From assembly GCA_031275075.1 (NCBI GenBank), contig JAISPI010000014.1, positions 1 to 25,335 of the forward strand: a DNA stretch of 25,335 nucleotides. The letters are read 5' to 3'. The notes beneath the pieces are model-generated. The model was not told where the DNA came from. It was given only the letters and a program-made list of their open reading frames with translations, and made no database searches. A program made the position numbers and the translations under genes. This DNA is from Burkholderiales bacterium (GTDB lineage Bacteria > Pseudomonadota > Gammaproteobacteria > Burkholderiales > Casimicrobiaceae). Numbering within the stretch: the first letter of the stretch is position 1; each line of letters begins with the position of its first letter. Of this stretch, positions 20,031 through 25,335 are shown piece by piece.

Positions 20031-20332
20031 GGTATTGCCTCCGATCCGCGTTCCCGCGAAAAAAGTTGCGACGGCAACACTTCAATCACCTGAATTCTCC
20101 CAGGTTCAGGCAACTGCATCGCCAACGAACCGCGCGCCAACCGATCGATGCGCGCCGGCACGCTCCAAGTCGACGATTCGAGCAGCAATCTGCCATAATC
20201 GACTTCATACGCTTGCGCCTGCTGGCGGTCACGTTCCAGTTCAATGAACAATTTGCGCGCTTGATGACGCGATGTCACCAGCGACAACGCGCAAACCAGC
20301 AACAACAGCAACAAAACACCAGTGCGTACCAT
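20027..20332 (-). CDS. ftsL: Cell division protein FtsL
   Basis: TM helix followed by coiled coil SRHQARKLFIELER...YGRLLLESSTW...RID. Located between rsmH and ftsI with overlapping start/stop codons. Confidence 0.93.
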   Translation of the reverse strand: MVRTGVLLLLLLVCALSLVTSRHQARKLFIELERDRQQAQAYEVDYGRLLLESSTWSVPARIDRLARGSLAMQLPEPGRIQVIEVLPSQLFSRERGSEAIP

Positions 20333-21345
20333 CAGGCCGCCTCCGTGTCACCGAATGCCGCCGCGCATAACCGCGCCGCACCATTCTGATCCCACGACGC
20401 CGCTGTCCGTTCCGCTATACGCAACACAGCGCTGCGCGCCCGTGGGTTGGCGCGTACTTCGTCTTCTCCCGCCTTGATTGCGCGACCGATCAGCCGCAGC
20501 GGCGGTTCCGGCAATACCGTCTGCGCCAGCGGCAAACGCAACAACGCTTCATCGCCGCCAAACGGCTGTGCCGCACAACGCATGAACCGCTTCACCAACC
20601 GATCTTCCAGTGAATGAAAACTGATCACCGCCAGCCGCGCGCCGGTTTTCAAACAGGAGATCAATCGCGGCAATAGCCGCATGATTTCTTTCAGCTCTTC
20701 GTTGACTTGAATGCGCAAAGCCTGGAAAGTACGTGTGGCCGGGTCTTGGTGCCAATCGCCGCGTATCCGCGCGCCGAGACTTTGAGTAACGAGCGCGGCC
20801 AACTGAGCGGTACGTTCGATCGGCCGCTCCTTCCGAGTCTCGACAATCGTCCTTGCAATCGATGCAGCAAACCGTTCTTCACCATAATTTTTCAAAACCT
20901 CCGTGATTTGTTGTTGGCTGGCTCGCGCCAAAAACGCCGCTGCTGATTCACCGCGTGTCGGATCCATCCGCATGTCGAGTGGTCCATCGTGACGAAAAGA
21001 AAACCCGCGTCCGGCATCATCGATCTGCGGTGAAGACACCCCGAGATCAAGTAACACACCATCAACCTCATCGATTGCGTGCGCGGCAAGTACATCGGGC
21101 ATTTCGGAAAACCAGGCGCGTTGAAACAAAAAACGGGGAGCTTCCCGTATCAACGCGGAAGCGGCAGATTCGGCGTCAGGATCGCGATCCAGTGCTATCA
21201 CTCGTCCTCTCTCACCCAATTGCGCCAGAATCGCGCGGCTATGGCCGCCACGTCCGAAAGTTCCGTCGACGTAAACGCCGTCGCGGCGTATTTGCAAAGC
21301 TGCGAGTACTTCGTTTAACAATACCGGCGCATGAGACAGACTCAT
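20332..21345 (-). CDS. rsmH: 16S rRNA m4C1402 methyltransferase
   Basis: HAPVLLNEV, DGTFGRGGHS, DLGVSSPQID, GFSF..DGPLDMRMD, DPATRTFQALRI, VISFHSLEDRLVK, NPRARSAVLR. Confidence 0.99.
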   Translation of the reverse strand: MSLSHAPVLLNEVLAALQIRRDGVYVDGTFGRGGHSRAILAQLGERGRVIALDRDPDAESAASALIREAPRFLFQRAWFSEMPDVLAAHAIDEVDGVLLDLGVSSPQIDDAGRGFSFRHDGPLDMRMDPTRGESAAAFLARASQQQITEVLKNYGEERFAASIARTIVETRKERPIERTAQLAALVTQSLGARIRGDWHQDPATRTFQALRIQVNEELKEIMRLLPRLISCLKTGARLAVISFHSLEDRLVKRFMRCAAQPFGGDEALLRLPLAQTVLPEPPLRLIGRAIKAGEDEVRANPRARSAVLRIAERTAASWDQNGAARLCAAAFGDTEAA

Positions 21346-21356
21346 CGGAACGTGCT

Positions 21357-21848
21357 TTACAACGAAAAACCATCAAGAACCGGCGGCAGATCGTCATGCG
21401 TTAAACGAACCGCCTGCGCCATCTGCACCTGCCACAACCCCTCATCCCAGAGTTCAAAATGGCCGCCCTGACCGACCAGAACCACCCGATGATCGAGTTG
21501 TGCGTATTGCCGCAATGCCGGTGACACCAGCGCCCGACCAGCACCATCGAGCGCAACATCGTCGGCGTAACCAACGAGCAGCCGTTGCAACGCACGGATG
21601 CGCTCGTCAAACGACGATAGCGCCATCAGTTTTTCCTGAATCGGCTCCCAGACCGGCTGGGGATAGACCAGCAAACAGCGACCAGGATCAGCCGTAATCA
21701 CAAGACGGCCTTCGCCGTACAAATGCAGCGTTTCCCGATAACGGGCAGGAACAGCCAACCGTCCCTTGGAATCGAGCGCCAGTTGCGTCACGCCACGAAA
21801 AACGGGAGCGGAGACCTTCGGCGAGGGCATTTGAGAAGCATCCATCAC
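21357..21848 (-). CDS. mraZ: Transcriptional regulator MraZ
   Basis: FRG...LALDSKGRLAVPARYR, CLLVYP..W, LDGAGRALV, LVGQGGHFELWDE (two SpoVT/AbrB repeats). The start is uncertain: GTG 21848, ATG 21845 or ATG 21830. Confidence 0.96.
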   Translation of the reverse strand: MMDASQMPSPKVSAPVFRGVTQLALDSKGRLAVPARYRETLHLYGEGRLVITADPGRCLLVYPQPVWEPIQEKLMALSSFDERIRALQRLLVGYADDVALDGAGRALVSPALRQYAQLDHRVVLVGQGGHFELWDEGLWQVQMAQAVRLTHDDLPPVLDGFSL

Positions 21849-21951
21849 GCGACGACCGTTCTTTTCAAAAAGACTTTAAAAACAAAAGCTTACCATCCAA
21901 TTTTCCGGAAAAATGCTTTGAATGGCGACGGCAAGTGACTATGAAAAGCCT

Positions 21952-21998
21952 ACCACAAACTCCCACTTTTCAACACTTTCCGCCACTATACGGCCCAC
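21952..21998 (-). promoter_or_regulatory. MraZ-type direct-repeat operator
   Basis: The minus strand reads TATAGTGGCG GAAAGTGTTG AAAAGTGGGA GTTTGTGGTA, with GTG(G/T) cores at 21983-86, 21973-76, 21963-66 and 21953-56 (exact 10-bp period) and a fifth GTGGG at 21994-98. Confidence 0.8.
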
Positions 21999-22013
21999 TA
22001 TGATGGCCGTCAA
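21985..22013 (-). promoter_or_regulatory. Sigma70 promoter of the mraZ/dcw operon
   Basis: TTGACG (22008-22013) - 17 nt - TATAGT (21985-21990). Each hexamer matches consensus at 5/6, with optimal spacing. Confidence 0.8.
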
Positions 22014-22396
22014 TGATTTGCCTGTTTTTGACAAATTTTTCCCTCGCGCGAAAAAAATCGTTTTTTCTTTTAGAAATAGGCTGTTAAAACACAATGTGAA
22101 AGTACTTTTTCAAGATACTGTCGTAAAAAAACCACGATACGCTTTCTTCCCCCGTTTTTTCCTTTCGGGCCGCGGTTTTCGCGGACTTGCAAGAAAGTGC
22201 CGGCTGCTTGTGATTTCGATTTTCCCCACCAAAAACGGCACAAATCGATCTGTAAAATGACAAAATCCAGGCAAATGCTACGCAAATGCTCAAGGCAATG
22301 GTAAGCTGATTGATGAAGTTATTGTGTGTGCCCGTAGGTGCCCAGTGTGTCCTATCGGGAAAAAAGGTTGATAACAACGTTTCCGAGGTTTGAGCC

Positions 22397-22666
22397 ATGA
22401 CCCTGACCCGTTCCTTTCTATTCCGCCCGCGCCGTTTGGCGTTGCTGTCATTGGCCGCTTTATTCTTAAGCGGTTGCGCATCGTTCACGGCTGACGATCC
22501 CCGCAGCAATTACCGGCACGACTTGTGGTGGCTAGGCGCCGAATCGCCGAACAACATGCGCTGGCCGGCGCGTGAGGTCAAAGAACTGGACCCGATGCCG
22601 GTCGAATCAATTCCGGAGCGCGGCCCACCATCATCGACACCCTCGCCGGGCTGGCCGCCGCTGTAA
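22397..22666 (+). CDS. Putative small lipoprotein, 89 aa, function unknown
   Basis: GAGG 8 nt before the ATG; basic n-region (RPRR), hydrophobic h-region, lipobox LSGC (Cys27); Pro-rich mature part; the stop is followed by a strong terminator. Confidence 0.72.
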   Translation: MTLTRSFLFRPRRLALLSLAALFLSGCASFTADDPRSNYRHDLWWLGAESPNNMRWPAREVKELDPMPVESIPERGPPSSTPSPGWPPL

Positions 22667-22676
22667 CCGTTTTCAC

Positions 22677-22726
22677 AAAAAAATAAAGAGGCGAAAGCGT
22701 TACCGCTTTCGCCTCTTGTTGCTTTT
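22677..22726. terminator. Bidirectional intrinsic terminator between the lipoprotein ORF and dsbC
   Basis: 14-bp perfect stem AAGAGGCGAAAGCG (22686-22699) / CGCTTTCGCCTCTT (22704-22717) with a 4-nt loop, an A-tract on the left and a T-rich tail on the right. It lies between convergent genes. Confidence 0.9.
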
Positions 22727-22757
22727 GTCTGCTTGGCGCAGAGTCTGCTACCTTGTG

Positions 22758-23573
22758 CTATTTCCCCTTTTTCTTGGCGGCATTCAATGCTATCGCGGCC
22801 ACTTCGGCGCGACTTAATTCGGCCTCCAGCTTCTCTTTCGGCAATGCGCCCGGCACAATGGTGCCATCAGCAAAAATCAATGCCGGTGTACCGCGAACCC
22901 CGAGCGTTTCAGCCAATTGCAGAACTTCGTTGATCGGTGTTTCACAATTACCCTGATTATCCGGAAGCGTCTTCGTAACAAAATACGCCTCCCACGCTTT
23001 CGCACGGTCTTTGGTACACCAGATTGTTCTTGACTTGCGCGCCGCGTCCGGATGTAACCCGTCCAGTGGCATCAGATACGTATAAATGGTCACGTTATTG
23101 ATATCGCGCAACGTCTGCTCAATCCGTTCGCAGAACGGGCAGTCGATATCCGAAAAGAGATACAGTACCCGCTCTCCTTTTCCTTTGACACGTTTGAACG
23201 CCAACGAAGTCGGAATCGTCGTTACATCGACACGTTTCAATTCTCGCGCACGGGTATCGGTCAAATTTTGCATTCCGCCCGGCATGTTCTGCGTGTCGTA
23301 CAACGACCCTCCCAGAATGTGCGTTACTTCCTTGTTGGTGTAAATTATCTGGTCACCAAGAAGCACTTCGTACAATCCGCCGAAATACGGCGTTTTCTCG
23401 ACATGCCGGATCGGCGCATCGGGAAATTTCTTTTGCAACAGCGCTTTGACTTCTGCCGCCTCACCGACGGGATTCTCAACCGGCACCGGCGACTGCGCAT
23501 TCACCGCCAACGTCCACGCCAGCAACACCAGTGCGCAAAATCTCCATCTGCTTTTCATTGTTTGCTTTTGCAT
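22758..23573 (-). CDS. dsbC: DsbC-family periplasmic thiol:disulfide isomerase
   Basis: Signal peptide, N-terminal dimerisation domain (GGLYEV...IIYT...ILGGSLYD), LFSDIDCPFC (CxxC), IWC, cis-Pro loop VRGTPALIFADG. GGGAG RBS before the ATG at 23573. Confidence 0.9.
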   Translation of the reverse strand: MQKQTMKSRWRFCALVLLAWTLAVNAQSPVPVENPVGEAAEVKALLQKKFPDAPIRHVEKTPYFGGLYEVLLGDQIIYTNKEVTHILGGSLYDTQNMPGGMQNLTDTRARELKRVDVTTIPTSLAFKRVKGKGERVLYLFSDIDCPFCERIEQTLRDINNVTIYTYLMPLDGLHPDAARKSRTIWCTKDRAKAWEAYFVTKTLPDNQGNCETPINEVLQLAETLGVRGTPALIFADGTIVPGALPKEKLEAELSRAEVAAIALNAAKKKGK

Positions 23574-23621
23574 TGTTTCTCCCAAAAAAGTACCCGTAAA
23601 CTGTCTTTGTCGAGCGGACGG

Positions 23622-23630
23622 ATTATACCA
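23622..23630 (-). promoter_or_regulatory. Extended -10 promoter candidate for dsbC
   Basis: TG-G-TATAAT on the minus strand (23630-23622), about 48 nt upstream of the dsbC ATG. It overlaps the TAA of the upstream gene. There is no recognisable -35. Confidence 0.55.
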
Positions 23631-25002
23631 GACTTCCGTCATTGCCCTGCGCAGCCGGGCAGTCACGTCGTTTCATCATCGAAAAAAACAACGCAACACC
23701 CACAGATGTTGTGAAAAACAGCCACGAAAAATAACGCAATTCGGCGCTTGGCGCGACCAGACACAATGGCACCACATATAAAAGCCCGGAAAACACCAAC
23801 GTAAACGCGTATTTACCTCGTTCACTGCGCCGTTGCCGCCAAAATAACGGTAACAATATTAACGAAACCATCACATACACAATGGGGGCCGACCACCACG
23901 TTTTAATTGCCTCCTGATAAAAATTGACCACCCCGTCGCGCCATGCATTCTCCGGCAACGTCATCGACGGATTATCGCCATAAGGAGTAATCCCCGCATA
24001 AAAAGCAAGACTTTTTTCGTGGCCGTAACGCCCGAAGAGATAGCGTGTCAATCGCCAGCGATGCTCAAAATAGGCTTTGGGATGTTTGCCGATTGTTGTC
24101 AACAACGCCCTATTGATTTCTTTCAACTGTTCCGCAGTGTAGGGTGACGGATTACCGTTATCATAGACGACAGCATATATTGTTGTGTTGGCGTCCTTAC
24201 GAAAGTGTTCTCGCAACTCTTTCAACGTCGTCGTTGAAGGCATCGCAAACGAAGGAATCCGCATCTCGCCTGCAGCCAGAGAAACCGCTGCTAAATCCCA
24301 CAACGCCACTACCGCCCATGCCGACATTGGAATCGTTACAAAATGTTTTTCCAGAGTCTTATTGGCCGTGAAGATACCGGCCAGAAAAACCGCCGTAACC
24401 GTCAGCAAAACCGCGTAACGTGCAGACAAACGCCAGCTTTTCAAAGTCCCCGCCAGCATCACATACCACCAATAACAGATAATCGGAAAAAGCGCCGGAA
24501 ACGCATTAAACCGCGCCAATCCCGCAAACACCAGGAAAGGCAACGCCAGAACCGCCCATATTTTTCCATGCCCCACTGCCGATAAAAACATCAACGCACA
24601 AGCCAGCGACAGAGCGCCGATCAGTGTGGCGTCGCTCCACACATGCGCAAGAATCAACACACAGGGTGACAACAAACCACAAAATGCCAGAAATAGAAGC
24701 CGTGCATACCAAGCCCGAAAGAGCGTCAGCGCAAAAATACAGAGCGACAACCAGAAAAGAACATTGCCCAGAATGAAAAGCGGTGCGCCGCTGGAGGAAT
24801 CAAGAGGTAACAGTAACCGCCAGACAAGCGTCACGATTTGCGGCGTCATCCCAAAACCTTCGCCATGTCGCGCCAGCCACAAACCGAGAGAAGAATCGAA
24901 AGACATAAAGCCGGGATAGAAAACCCAGACTGCCCCGGCACAAGCAACAAACGCCACCAATAACGTGGCGAAAGTCCCTGTCAACCAACGTATTCCCTTC
25001 AT
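23623..25002 (-). CDS. Polytopic inner-membrane protein, putative GT-C-fold (lipid-linked sugar) glycosyltransferase
   Basis: 459 aa with roughly 9-11 hydrophobic segments, a first-loop YPGFMSFDS, VWSD, a large soluble loop (~aa 215-370) and a late ELRY. It lies 21 bp downstream of a GtrB-like GT2. The GT-C call rests on topology and context only. Confidence 0.55.
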   Translation of the reverse strand: MKGIRWLTGTFATLLVAFVACAGAVWVFYPGFMSFDSSLGLWLARHGEGFGMTPQIVTLVWRLLLPLDSSSGAPLFILGNVLFWLSLCIFALTLFRAWYARLLFLAFCGLLSPCVLILAHVWSDATLIGALSLACALMFLSAVGHGKIWAVLALPFLVFAGLARFNAFPALFPIICYWWYVMLAGTLKSWRLSARYAVLLTVTAVFLAGIFTANKTLEKHFVTIPMSAWAVVALWDLAAVSLAAGEMRIPSFAMPSTTTLKELREHFRKDANTTIYAVVYDNGNPSPYTAEQLKEINRALLTTIGKHPKAYFEHRWRLTRYLFGRYGHEKSLAFYAGITPYGDNPSMTLPENAWRDGVVNFYQEAIKTWWSAPIVYVMVSLILLPLFWRQRRSERGKYAFTLVFSGLLYVVPLCLVAPSAELRYFSWLFFTTSVGVALFFSMMKRRDCPAAQGNDGSLV

Positions 25003-25023
25003 GGGCAGTTCGACGGTTCTGTC

Positions 25024-25335
25024 TTAACGTCCCGGTAACGTCTTCGCATGATTCATCGACTCTGGTGAGAAACCCAGCCTTCCGCGCACCACATACAAAG
25101 GACGCGCCTTGACCTCTTCGAAAATTCTCGCCAGATACTCACCAAGAACACCCAGCCCGATCAGCTGGATGCCGCCGATGAACAAAATCACCACCATCAA
25201 CGATGCGTATCCCGGGACATCAATGCCGAAAATCAATGTCCGCACCATTAGAAACATCATGTACAGAAACGCAAAAACCGCGACGCCAAGGCCAAGATAA
25301 CTCCAGACGCGCAACGGCAACGAGCTGAACGAGGT
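25024..25335 (-). CDS. GtrB/YfdH-like GT2 polyprenyl-phosphate glycosyltransferase, C-terminal part (runs off the right edge)
   Basis: TSFSSLPLR - TM - GIDVPGYASLMVVILFIGGIQLIGLGVLGEYLARIFEEVKARPLYVV is the characteristic two-TM C-terminus of this family. The frame is open to base 25335. Confidence 0.88.
   Translation of the reverse strand, partial: TSFSSLPLRVWSYLGLGVAVFAFLYMMFLMVRTLIFGIDVPGYASLMVVILFIGGIQLIGLGVLGEYLARIFEEVKARPLYVVRGRLGFSPESMNHAKTLPGR

Noticed and set aside
3188-21700. Numerous long alternative-frame and antisense ORFs within the dcw genes (e.g. 3554..4366, 9342..10124, 14848..15441)
   Set aside because: Expected in GC-rich coding DNA; none has an RBS plus a recognisable domain, and all overlap well-supported genes.
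21899-21914. CodY box (AATTTTCWGAAAATT look-alike)
   Set aside because: The centre is CCGG rather than CWG, and CodY is a Firmicutes regulator.
22020-22260. LexA (CTGT-N8-ACAG), CRP or FNR sites upstream of mraZ
   Set aside because: Half-sites (CTGT, TGTGA, TTGAT) are present but none has the matching second half.
21849-22396. RNase P RNA (rnpB) or another structured ncRNA upstream of mraZ, where rnpB lies in some proteobacteria
   Set aside because: The conserved GAGGAAAGUCC and AGAACCCGGCUUA segments are absent. The region is AT-rich with only a 5-bp stem (22170-22184).
22070-22509. Minus-strand ORFs 22070..22285, 22084..22509, 22290..22481 and plus-strand ORF 21922..22260
   Set aside because: Low-complexity translations of AT-rich promoter DNA or antisense to the lipoprotein ORF, with no clear RBS.
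22758-25335. dsbC as an obligate member of an operon with the GT genes (protein glycosylation plus disulfide system)
   Set aside because: dsbC has its own extended -10 candidate and looks like an ordinary housekeeping DsbC. Co-orientation alone is not enough evidence.

Overview
This window is a housekeeping region of a Betaproteobacterium, and about 21 kb of it is a complete, apparently intact division/cell-wall (dcw) cluster on the minus strand: mraZ-rsmH-ftsL-ftsI-murE-murF-mraY-murD-ftsW-murG-murC-murB-ddl-ftsQ-ftsA-ftsZ-lpxC. This is followed by a 61-aa membrane ORF, a CGTC/dRS3-type palindromic repeat mosaic, dciA (opposite strand), an M23 peptidase and the 5' third of secA. Upstream of mraZ are a near-consensus sigma70 promoter overlapped by 10-bp-periodic MraZ-type boxes, a divergent small lipoprotein ORF, a bidirectional terminator, a dsbC-family gene, and a GtrB-like GT2 plus a polytopic putative GT-C gene pair running off the right edge. 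I saw no CRISPR array, transposase, integrase, tRNA, rRNA or rnpB. I found no convincing novel multi-gene system. The best leads are the GT2/GT-C pair, the orphan lipoprotein with its upstream direct repeats, a duplicated ftsZ translation start, a possibly leaderless lpxC promoter, and the REP-like mosaic. Several start codons were moved from the ORF track to the start supported by an RBS, gene overlap or family N-terminus. All family assignments are from motif recognition, not database searches.
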